Assembly: GCF_009914755.1 (NCBI RefSeq)
Contig: NC_060925.1
Direction: 5' to 3' (one strand)
Length of the DNA stretch: 64,000 bases
Origin: the human T2T-CHM13v2.0 reference genome, Homo sapiens
The position numbers were made by a program, and so were the translations under genes. Under the pieces are notes generated by a model. It was not told the DNA's origin. It did not search any database and saw only the letters and a list, made by a program, of their open reading frames with translations. Every line of letters begins with the position of its first letter. The stretch's first letter is position 1. This document shows positions 12,601 through 25,158 of the stretch, in pieces.

Positions 12601-15600
12601 CAGGTGAGCATCTGACAGCATGGAACAGCACGCAAACCCCCAGGTGAGCATCTGACAGCCTGGAACAGCACCCACACCCCCAGGCGAGAATCTGACAGCA
12701 TGTAACAGCACCCACACTCCCAGGTGAGCATCTGACAGCCTGGAACAGCAACCTGCATCCCCAGGTGCGCACTTGACAGCCTGGAACAGCACCCACACAC
12801 CCAGGTGAGCATCTGACAGCCTGGAGTAGCACCCTGCATCCCCAGGTGAGCATCTGACAGCCTTGAACAGCACCCTGCACCCCCAGGTGAGCATCTGACA
12901 CCCTGGAACAGCACACACACCCCCAGGCGAGCATCTGATAACATGAAACAGCACCCATACGCCCAGATGAGCATCTGACAGCCTGGAACAGCACCCTGCA
13001 CCCCCAGGCGAGCATCTGACAGCCTGGAACAGCACCCATACGCCCAGATGAGCATCTGACAGCCTGGAACAGCACCCTGCACCCCCAGGTGCGCACCTGA
13101 CAGCCTGGAACAGCACCCACTCACCCAGGCGAGCATCTGATGGCCTGGAACAGCACCCACACTCACAGGTCAGCATCCGATATCTTGAAACAGCTCCCAC
13201 ACCCCCAGGTGAGCATCTGACAGCCGGGGGAAGAAACCATACCCCCAGGTGAGCATCTGACCGCATGGAATGGCATTCTCACCTCCAGGTGAGCATCCGA
13301 CAGCCTGGAGCAGCACCCACACCCCCGGTGAGCATCCGACAGCCTGGAGCAGCACCCACACCCCAGGTGAGCATCTGACCGTATGGAATGGTATCCTCAC
13401 CTCCAGATGGGCATCCGACAGCCTGGAGCAGCACCCACACCCCCAGGTGAGCATCTGACAGCCTGGAACAGCAACTGCACCCCAAGGCGAGCATCTGACA
13501 TCCTGGAACAGCACCCTGCACCCCCGGGTGAGGATCAGACAGCCTGGAGCAGCACCCACACACCAGGTGAGCATCTGACAGCCTGAAGCAGCACCCACAC
13601 CCACAGGTGAGCATCTGACAGCCTGGAAGAGCACCCACAACCCCACGTGAGCATCTGACAGCCTGGAACAGGACCCTGCACCCCCAAGGGAGCATGTGAC
13701 AACCTGGAGCAGGAACCACAACCCCAGGTGAGCATCTGATAGCCTGGAATAGCACCCACACACCCAGGTGAGCATCTGAGAGCGTGGAGCAGCACCCACA
13801 CTCCCAGGTGAGCATCTGATATCCTGGAAAAGCACCCACACCCCCAGGGGAGCATCTGACAGTCTGGAACAGCACCCACACCCCCAGGTGAGCATCTGAT
13901 ATCCTGGAAAAGCACCCACACCCCCAGGTGAGCATCTGACAGCCCGGAGCAGCACGCACACCCTCAGGTGAGCATCTGATAGCCTGGAACAGCACCCACA
14001 CCCCCAGGTGAGCATCCGACAACCTGGAGCGGAACCCACAACCACAGGCGAGCATCTGACAGCCTGGAACAGCACCCTGCAGCACCGGGTGAGGATCAGA
14101 CAGCCTGGAGCAGCACCCACATTCCAGTTGAGCATCTGACAGCCTGAAGCAGCACCCACAGCAACAGGTGAGCATCTGACAGCCTGCAACAGCACCCACA
14201 CACCCAGGTGAGCATCTGACAGCCTGGAAGAGGACCGTGCAGCCCCAAGTGAGCATTTGACAACCTGGAGCAGCAACCACACAACCAGGTGAGCATCCAA
14301 CAGCCTGGAACAGCACCCACACACCCAGGTGAGCATCTGACAGCCTGGAGCAGCACCCACAACCCCAGGTGAGCATCCGACAGCCTGGAACAGCACCTAC
14401 AAACCCAGGAGAGCATCCGACAGCCTGGAGCAGCACCCACACCCCCAGGCGAGCATCTGACAGCCTGGAACAGCACGCACACCCCCAGGTGAGCATCTGA
14501 TATCTTGGAACAGCACCCACACCCCCAGGTGACCATCTGACAGCCCGGAGCAGCACGCAAACCCCTAGGTGAGCATCTGATACCCTGGAACAGCACCCAC
14601 ACCCCCAGGTGAGCATCCGACAGCCTGGAGCAGAACCCACACCAACAGGCGAGTATCTGACAGCCTGGATCGGCACCCACACCCCCAGGTGAGCCTCTGA
14701 CAGCCTGGAACAGCACCCTGCACCCTCAGGTGCGCTCGTGACAGCCTGGAACAGCACCCACAGCCCCAGGCGAGCATCTGACGGCCTGGAACGGCACCCA
14801 CACCGCGAGGCGAGTATCGGACAGCCTGGAGCAGCAGCCACACCCCCGGGTGAGCATCTGACAGCCTCGAACAGCACCCTGTACCCCCGGGTGAGCATCT
14901 GACAGCCTCGAACAGCACGCAATACCCCCAGGCGAGCATCCGACAACCTGGAGCAGCACCCACAACCCTAAGTGAGTATCTGATTGTCTGGAGCATCACC
15001 CACAACCACAGGTGAGCATCGGAGAGTCTGGAGCAGCGCCCACAGCCCCAGCCGATCATCGGACTGCCTGGAGCAGTCCCCACACCCCCAGGTGTGCATC
15101 TGACAGCATGGAGCAGCACCCATAGCCCAAGGTGAGCATCTGACAACCTGTAGCAGCACCCACACCCCAGGTGAGGATCTGATGATCTGGAGCAGCACCC
15201 ACAACCACAGGTGAGCATCGGAGAGTCTGGAAGCAGTGCCCAAACCCCCAGGCGAGCATCTGACAGCCTGGAGCTGTGCCCACACCCCCAGGTGAGCATC
15301 TGACAGCGTGGAGCAGCACCCACAGCCCAAGGTGAGCATCTGACAACCAGGAGAAGCACCCACACCCACAGGCGAGCATCAGAATGCACGGAGCAGCACC
15401 CACACCCCAAGGCGAGCATCCGACAGCCTGGAGCAGCACCCACACCCCCAGGCGAGCATCTGAACGCACGGAGCAGCACCCACACCCCCAGGTGAGCATC
15501 TGACAGCCTGGAACAGCACACTGCCTCCCCAGGTGAGCATCTGACAGCCTGGAACAGCACACACACCCGCAGGCGAGCATCTGACAACCTGGAACAGCAC

Positions 15601-18600
15601 CCATACGCCCAGATGAGCATCTGACAGCTTGGAACAGCACCCTGCACACCCAGGTGAGCATCTGACAGACTGGAACAGCACCCACACCCCCAGGTGAGCA
15701 TCTGACAGCCTGGAACAGCAAACACACCCCCAGGCGAGCATCTGACAGCCTGGAACAGCACCCAGCACCCCCGGGTGAAGATCAGACAGACTGGAGAAGC
15801 ACCCACACTCCAGGTGAGCATCTGAAAGCCTGAAGCAGCACCCACAGCAACAGGTGAGCATCTGACAGCCTGGAACAGCACCCACACACACAGGTGAGCA
15901 TCTGACAGCCTGGAACAGCACCCTGCACCCCCAAGTGAGCATCTGACAGCCTGGAGCAGCAACCACAACACCAGGTGAACATCCAACAGCCTGTAACAGC
16001 ACCGACACCCCCAGGTGAGCATAGGACAGCCTGGAGCAGCACCCACACCCCCAGGTGAGCATCTGATATCCTGGAGCAGCATCCACACCACCAGGTGAGC
16101 ATCCGACAGCCTGGAGCAGAAACCACACCCCCAGGCGAGCATCTGACAGCCTGGGTCGGCACGCACACCCCCAGGTGCGCATCTGATGGTCTGGAGCAGC
16201 ACCCACACCCACAGGTGAGCATCTGACAGCCTGGAACGGAACCCACACCCCCAGGTGAGCATCTGACAGACTGGGACAGCACCCTGCACCCCCAGGTGAG
16301 AATCTGACGGCCTGGAACAGCACCCACACGCCCAGGTGAGCATCCGACAGCCTGGAACAGCACCCAAACCCCCAAGTGAGCATCCGACAGCCTGGAGCAG
16401 CACCCACACCCCCAGGTGAGCATCTGATATCCTGGAACAGCACCCACACCCCCAGGTGAGCATCTGACAGCCTGCAGCAGCACGCACACCCCCAGTGAGC
16501 ATCTGACAGCCTGGAACAGCATCCACACCCCTAGGTGAGCATCCGATAGCCTGGAGCAGAACCCACAGCCCCAGGCGAGCATCTGACAGCCTGGGTCGGC
16601 ACCCACACCCCCAGGTGCACAGCTGCTGGTCTGGAGCAGCACCCACACACACAGGTGAGCATCTGACAGCCTGGAACAGAACCCACACACCCAGGTGAGC
16701 ATGTGAAAGACTGGAACAGAACCCACACCCCCAGGCTAACATCTGACAGCATGTAACAGCACCCACACCCCGAGGTGAGCATCTGACAGCCTGGAACAGC
16801 AGCCTGCACCCCCAGGTACGCACGTGACAGCCTGGAACAGCACCCACACCCCCAGGCGAGCATCTGACGGCCTGGAGCAGCACCCACACCCCAAAGTGAG
16901 CATCTGACGGCCTGGAACAGCACCCACACCCACAGGTGAGAATCTGACATCGTGGAGCATCACCCCACACCCACAGGTGGGCATCTGACAGCCTGGAGCA
17001 GTATCCACACCCCAGGTGAGCATCTGACAGACTGGAAGACCACCCTGCACCCCCAGGTGAGCATCCGACAGCCTGGAGCAGCACCCACACACCCAGGCGA
17101 GCATCTGACAGCCTGGAACAGCACCCAAACCCCCAGGTGAGCATCTGATGGTCTGGAGCATCACCCACAACCACAAGTGAGCATCGGAGAGTCTGGAGCA
17201 GCGCCCACACCCCTAGGCGAGCATGTGACAGCCTGGAGCAGTGCCCACACCCCCAGGTGAGCATCTGACAGCGTGGAGCAGCACCCACAGCCCCAGGTGA
17301 GCATCTGACAACCTGCAGCAACACCCACACCCCCAGGCGAGCATCTGAACGCATGGAGCAGCACCCACACCGCCAGGCGAGCATCCGACAGCCTGCAGCA
17401 GCACCCACACCCCCAGGTACGCATGTGATGGTCTGGAGCAGCACCCACACCCACAGGTGAGCATCCGACAGCCTGGAGCAGCACCCACACCCCCAGGTGA
17501 GCATCTGATGCTCTGGAGCAGCACCCACAACCAGAGGTGAGCATCGGAGAGTCTGGAGCATCGCCCACACCCCCAGGCGAGCATCTGACAGCCTGGAGCA
17601 GTGCCCACACCCCCAGGTGAGTATCTGACAGCGTGGAGCAGCACCCACAGCCCAAGGTGAGCATCTGACAACCTGGAGCAGCACCCACACCGCCAGGCGA
17701 GCATCTGAACGCACGGAGCAGCACCCACACCCCAAGGCGAGCATCCCTCAGCCTGGAGCAGCACCCACACCCCCAGGTGAGCATCTGACAGCCTACAACC
17801 GCACCCATTCTCCCAGATGAGCATCTGACAGCCTGGAACAGCACCCGTACGCCCAGATGAACATCTGACAGCCTGAAACAGCACCCTGCAACCCCAGGTG
17901 TGCAACTGACAGCCTGGAACAGCACCCACTCACGCAGGCGAGCATCTGATGGCCTGGAACGGCACCCACACCCCCAGGTGAGCATCCGACATCCTGAAAC
18001 AGCTCCCACACCCCCAGGTGAGCATCCGACAGCCGGGAGCAGCACCCATATCCCCAGGTGAGCATCAGACCGCATGGAATGGCATCCTCACGTCCAGGTG
18101 AGCATCCGACAGCCTGGAGCAGCACCCACACCCCAAGGTGAGCATGCGACAGCCTGGAGCAGCACCCACACCCCCAGGTGAGCATGTGACCGCATGGAAT
18201 GTTATCCTCACCTCCAGTTGAGCATCCGACAGCCTGTAGCAGCACCCACACCCCCAGGTGAGCATCTGACAGCCTGGAACAGCAACCACACACCCAGGCG
18301 AGCATCTGACAGCCTGGAACAACACCCTGCACCCCCGGGTGAGGATCAGACAGCCTGGAGCAGCACCCACACTCGAGGTGAGCATCTGACAGCCTGAAGT
18401 AGCGCCCACACCAACAGTTGAGTATCTGACAGCCTGGAACAGTACCCACACCACCAGGTGAGCATCTGACAGCCTGGAACAGCACCCTGCATCCCCAAGT
18501 GAGCATCTGACAGACTGGAACAGCACCCACACGCCCAGGTGAGCCTCTGACAGCCTGGAACAGCATGCGCACCCCCAGGTAAGCATGTGACAGCCTGGAA

Positions 18601-21600
18601 CAGCACCCACACCCCAAGACGAGCATCTGACAGAATGTAACAGCACCCACACCGCCAGGTGAGCATCTGACAGCCTGGAACAGCACCCTGCACCCCCAGG
18701 TGCGCACGTGACAGCCTGGAACAGCACCCACATCCCCAGGGTAGCATTCTGACGGCCTGGAACGACACCCACACCCCCAGGCGAGCATCGGACAGCCTGG
18801 AGGAGCACCCCAAACCCCCAGGTGAGGATCCGACAGCCTGAAGCAGCACCCACACCCCCAGGTGAGCATGTAACAGCCTGGAACAGCACCCACACCCCCA
18901 GGCGAGCACCTAACAGCCTGAAGCAGCACCCCACACCCCCAGGTGAGCATCTGACAGCCTGGAACAGCACCCACACCACAAGGCGAGCATCTGACATCCT
19001 GGAGCGGCACCCACACCCCCAGGTGAGCATCTGACAGCCTGGAACAGCACCCTGCACCCCCAGGTGAGCATCTGACAGCCTCGAACGGCACCCACACCCC
19101 TAGGTGAGCATCTGATGGTCTGGAGCAGCACCCACAACCACAGGTGAGCATCGGAGAGTCTGGAGCAGCGCCCACCCACCCAAGTGAGCATCTGACAGCC
19201 TGGAGCAGTGCCCACAACCCCAGGTGAGCATCTGACAGCGTGGAGCACTCCCACAGTCCAAGGTGAGCATCTGACAATCTGGAGCAGCACCTGAACCCCG
19301 AGGTGAGCATCTGACCCCCCGGAGCAGCCCCCATACCCCCAGGCGAGCATCTGAACTCATGGAGCAGCACCCACACCACCAGGCGAGCATCTGACCGCAA
19401 GGAGCAGCACCCACAACCCCTGGGGAGCATCTGACATCCTGGAGCAGCACCGACAAACCCAGGTGAGGATCTGAGAGCCTGGAACAGCACCCACACCCCC
19501 AGGTGAGAATCTGACAGCCTGGAGCAGCACCCACACCCCCAGGTGCGCATCTGATGGTCTGGAGCAGCACCCACACCCACTGGTGAGCATCTGACAGCCT
19601 GGAACAGAAACCACACCCCCAGGTGAGCATCTGACAGACTGGAACAGCACCCACATGCCCAGGTGAGCCTCTGACAGCCTGGAACAGCACACTGCAGCCC
19701 CAGGTGAGCATCTGACAGCCTGGAACAGCACGCACACACCCAGGTGAGCATCTGACAGCCTGGAACAGCACCCACACCCCGAGGCGAGCATCTGACAGCA
19801 TGTAACAGCACCTACACCCAGAGGTGAGCATCTGACAGCCTAGAACAGCAGCCTGCACACCCAGTTACGCACGTGACAGCCTGGAACAGCACCCACACCC
19901 CCTGGCGAGCATCTGACGGCCTGGAACAGCACCCACACACCCAGGTGAGCATCTGACGGCCTGGAACAGCACCCACAACCCCAGGTGGGCATCTGACATC
20001 GTAGAGCAGCACCCCACACCCACAGGTGAGCATCTGACAGCCTGGAGGAGCACCCACACCCCAGTTGAGCATCTGACAGCCGGGAACAACACCCTGCACC
20101 CCCAGGTGAGCATCCGACAGCCTGGGGCAGCACCCACACCCGCAGGCGAGCATCTGACAGCCTGGAACAGCACCCAAAACCTCAGGTGAGCATCTGATGG
20201 TCTGGAGCATCACCCACAACCACAGGTGAGCATCGGAGAGTCTGGAGCAGCGCCCACACCCCCAGGCGAGAATCTGACAGCCTGGAGCAGTGCTCACACC
20301 CCCAGGTGAGCATCTGACAGCATGGAGCAGCACCCACAGCCCAAGGTGAGCATCTGACAACCTGGAGCAGCACCCACACCCCCAGGCGAGCATCTGAAAG
20401 CACAGAGCAGCACCCACACCCCCAGGCGAGCATCCGACAGCCTGGAGCAGCACCTACACGCCCAGGTGCGCATGTGATGGTCTGGAGCAGCACCCACACA
20501 CACAGGTGAGCATCCGACAGCCTGGAGCAGCACCCACACCCGCAGGTGAGCATCTGTTGGTCTGGAGCAGCACCCACAACCAAAGGTGAGCATCGGAGAG
20601 TCTGGAGCAGCGCCCACAAACCCAGGCGAGCATTTGACAGCCTGGAGCAGTGCCCACACACCCAGGTGAGCACCTGACAGCGTGGAGCAGCACCCACAGC
20701 CAAAGGTGTGCATCTGACAACCTGGAACAGCACCCACACCCCCAGGCGAGCATCTGAACGCACGGAGCAGCACCCACACCCCAAGGCGAGCATCCGACAG
20801 CCTGGAGCAGCACCCACACACCCAGGTGAGCATCTCACAGCCTGGAGCAGCACCCACACCCCCTGGCGAGCATCTGAACGCACGGAGCAGCACCCACACC
20901 CCAAGGCGAGCATCCGACAGCCTGGAGCAGCACCCACACACCCAGGTGAGCATCTCACAGCCTGGAGCAGCACCCACACACCCAGGTGAGCATCTGACAG
21001 CCTGGAACAGCACGCTGCACCCCCAGGTGAGCATCTGACAGACGGGAACAGCACACACACCCCCAGGCGAGCATCTGACAACCTGGAACAGCACCCATAC
21101 GCCCAGATGAGCATCTGAAAGCCTGGAAGAGCACCCTGCAACCACAGGTGAGCATCTGACAACGTGGAACAGCACCCGCACCCCCAGGTGAGCATCTGAC
21201 AGCCTGGAGCACCACCCTGCACCCGCAGGTGAGCATCTGACAGCCTGGAACAGCACCCTGCACCCCCAGGTGAGCATCTGACAGCCTGGAACGGCACCTA
21301 CACCCCCAGGTGAGCATCTGATGGTCTGGAGCAGCACCCACAACCAGAGGTGAGCATCGGAGAGTCTGGAGCAGCGCCCACACCCCCAAGTGAGCATCTG
21401 ACATCCTGGAGCAGCACCCACCGTCCAAGGTGAGCATCTGACAACGTGGAGCAGCACCCACACCCCGAGGTGAGCATCTGACCCCCCGGAGCAGCACCCA
21501 TACCCCCAGGCGAGCATCTGAATTCATGGAGCAGCACCCACAACACCAGGCCAGCATCTGACCGAACGGAGCAGCACCCACAACCCCAGGCGAGCATCTG

Positions 21601-23268
21601 ACAGCCTGGAACAGCACCCACAACCCCAGGTGAGCATCTGACAGCCCGCAGCATCACCCACACGCACAGGTGAGAATCTGACAGCCCTGAGCAGCACCCA
21701 CACCCCCAGGGGAGCATCTGACCGCATGGATCAGCACCCACACCCCCAGGGGAGCATCTGACATCCTAGAGCAGCACCGACAACCCCTGGTGAGCATCTG
21801 AGAGGCTGGAACAGCACCCACACCCCCAGGTGAGAATCTGACAGCCTGGAAGAGCACCCCACATCCCCGGGTGAGCATCTGACAGGCTGGAAGAGCACCC
21901 ACACCCCCAGGCGAGCATCTGACAGCCTGGAGCAGCACCCACACCCCCAGGTGAGCATCTGAAAGCCTGGAACAGCACCCACACCCCCAGGAGAGCATCC
22001 GGCAGCCTGGAGCAGAACCGACACCCACAGGCGAGCATCTGACAGCCTGGGTCGGCACCCACAACCCCAGGTGAGCATCTGATGGTTTGGAGCAGCACCC
22101 ACACGCACAGGTGAGAATCCGACAGCCTGGAACAGAGACCACACCCCCAGGTGAGCATCTGACAGACTGGAACAGCACCCTGCACCCCCAGGTGAGCATC
22201 TGACAGCCTGGAACGGCACCCAGACCCCCAGGTGAGCATCTGATGGTCTGGAGCAGCACCCACAACCAGAGGTGAGCATCGGAGAGTCTGGAGCAGCGCC
22301 CACACCGCCAAGTGAGCATCTGACAGCCTGGAGCAGTGCCCACACCCCCAGGTGAGCATCTGATAGCGTGGAGCAGCACCCACAGCCCAAGGTGAGCATC
22401 TGACAACCTGGAGCAGCACCCACACCCCGAGGTGAGCATCTGACCTCCCGGAGCAGCACCAGTACCCCCAGGCGAGCATCTGAACTCATGGAACAGCACC
22501 CACACCCCCAGGCGAGCATCTGACCGAACGGAGCAGCACCCACAACCCCAGGCGAGCATCTGACATCATGAAACAGCACCCAGAACTCCAGGTGAGCATC
22601 TGACAGCCCGCAGTAGCACCCACACGAACAGGTGAGAATCTGACAGCCCAGAGCAGCACCCACACCCCCAGGTGCGCATCTGATGGTCTGAAGCAGCACC
22701 CACACCCACTGGTGAGCATCTGACGGCCTGGAACAGCACCCACACCCCCAGGTGAGCTTCTGACATCGTGGAGCAGCACCCCACACCCACAGGTGAGCAT
22801 CTGACAGCCTGGAGGAGCACCCACACCCCAGGTGAGCATCTGACAGCCGGGAACAACACCCTGCACCCCAAGGTGAGCATCCGACAGCCTGGGGCAGCAC
22901 CCACACCCGCAGGCGAGCATCTGACAGCCTGGAACAGCACCCAAAACCTCAGGTGAGCATCTGATGGTCTGGAGCATCACCCACAACCACAGGTGAGCAT
23001 CGGAGAGTCTGGAGCAGTGCCCACACCCCCAGGCGAGCATCTGACAGCCTGGAGCAGTGCTCACACCCCCAGGTGAGCATCTGACAGCATGGAGCAGCAC
23101 CCACAGCCCAAGGTGAGCATCTGACAACCTGGAGTAGCACCCATACCCCCAGGAGAGCATCCGGCAGCCTGCAACAGAACCCACACCAACAGGCGAGCAT
23201 CTGACAGCCTGGGTCGGCACCCACACCCCCAGGTGAGCATCTGACGGCCTGGAACAGCACCCACACCC

Positions 23269-25158
23269 CGAGGTGAGCATCTCACATCGCGGAGCAGCAC
23301 CCCACACCCGCAGGTGAGCATCTGACAGCCTGGAGCAGCACCCACACCCCCAGGTGAGCATCTGACAGCCTGGAACAGCACCCACATCCCCAGGTGAGCC
23401 TCTGACATCGTCGAGCAGCACCCCACACCCACAGGTGAGCATCTGACAGCCTGGAACAGCACCCACATCCCCAGGTGAGCCTCTGACATCGTCGAGCAGC
23501 ACCCCACACCCACAGGTGAGCATCTGACAGCCTGGAGCAGCACCCACACCCCCAGGTGAGCATCTGACAGCCTGGAACAGCACCCACATCCCCAGGTGAG
23601 CCTCTGACATCGTCGAGCAGCACCCCACACCCACAGGTGAGCATCTGACAGCCTGGAACAGCACCCACACCCCCAGGTGAGAATCTGATGTTCTGGAGCA
23701 TCACACACAACCACAGGTGAGCATCGGAGAGTCTGGAGCAGCACCCACAACCCAAGGTGAGCATCTGACAACCTGGAGCAGCACCCACACCCCGAGGTGA
23801 GCATCTGACCTCCCGGAGCAGGACCCATACCTCCAGGCGAGCATCTGAACCCATGGAGCAGCACCCACGCCCCCAGGCGAGCATCTGACCGAACAGAGCA
23901 GCACCCACAACCCCATGCGAGCATCTGACAGCCTGGAACAGCACCCACAACCCCAGGTGAGCATCTGACAGCCCGCAGCAGCAACCACACGCACAGGTGA
24001 GAATCTGACAGCCCGTAGCAGCACCCACACCCCCAGGGGAGCATCTGACATCCTGGAGCAGCACCGACAACCCCAGGTGAGCATCTGAGAGCCTGGAACA
24101 GCACCCACAACCCCAGGTGAGAATCTGACAGCCTGGAAGAGCACCCCACATCACCGGGTGAGCATCTGACAGCCTGGAACAGCAACCATACCCTCAGGTA
24201 AGCATCTGACAGACTGGAACAGCACCCACACGCCCAGGTGAGCCTCTGACAGCCTGGAACAGCACGCGCAACCCCAGGTGAGCATCTGACAGCCTGGAAC
24301 AGCACCCACACCCACAGGTGAGCATCTGACAGCATGTAACAGCACCCACACCCCCAGGTGAGCATCTGACAGCCTGCAACAGCACCCTGCACCCCCAGGT
24401 GCGCACGTGACAGCCTGGAAGAGCACCCACACCCCAAGGCGAGCATCTGACGGCCTGGAACGGCACCCACACCCCCAGGCGAGCATCGGACAGCCTGGAG
24501 CAGCACCCCACACCCCCAGGTGAGCATCCGACAGCCTGGAGCAGCACCCACACCCCCAGGTGAGCATGTGACAGCCTGGAAGAGCACCCACACCCCCAGG
24601 CGAGCATCTGACAGCCTGGGTCGGCAACCACACACGCAGGTGCGCATCTGATGGTCTGGAGCAGCACCCACACCAACAGGTGAGCATCTGACAGCCTGGA
24701 ACAGAACCCACACCCCCAGGTGAGCATGTGACAGACTGGAACAGCACCCACATGCCCAGGTGAGCCTCTGACAGCCTGTAACAGCAGCCTGCACCCCCAG
24801 GTGCGCCCGTGACAGCCTGGAACAGCACCGACACCCACAGGCGAGCATCTGACGGCCTGGAACAGCACCCACACCCCCAGGTGAGCATTGGACAGCCTGG
24901 AGCAGCACCCACAACCCCAGGCGGGCAACCGACAACCTGGAGCAGCACCCACACCCACAGTTGAGCATCTGACTTCGTGGAGCATAACCCCACACGCACA
25001 GGTGAGCATCTGACAGCCTGGAGCTGCACCCACACCCTCAGGTGAGTCTCTGACAGCCTGGAACAGCACCCTGCACACCCAGGTGAGCATCCGACAGCCT
25101 GGAGCAGCACCCACACCACCAGGCGAGCATCTGACAGCCTGGAACGGCACCCACAACC
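23269..25158 (+). repeat. Truncated first HOR unit (~1.9 kb)
   Basis: It begins at a GACATCG...ACCCCACACC 41-bp monomer equivalent to ~34001 and follows HOR order to ~25110. It then jumps to the register equivalent to 33469. Confidence 0.7.

Larger units (their letters stand above)
1..23268 (+). repeat. Divergent mosaic monomeric domain (left flank) with short local duplications
   Basis: Same monomer with many private variants and no constant multi-kb period. Ordered variant cassettes recur at irregular offsets. Confidence 0.8.
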
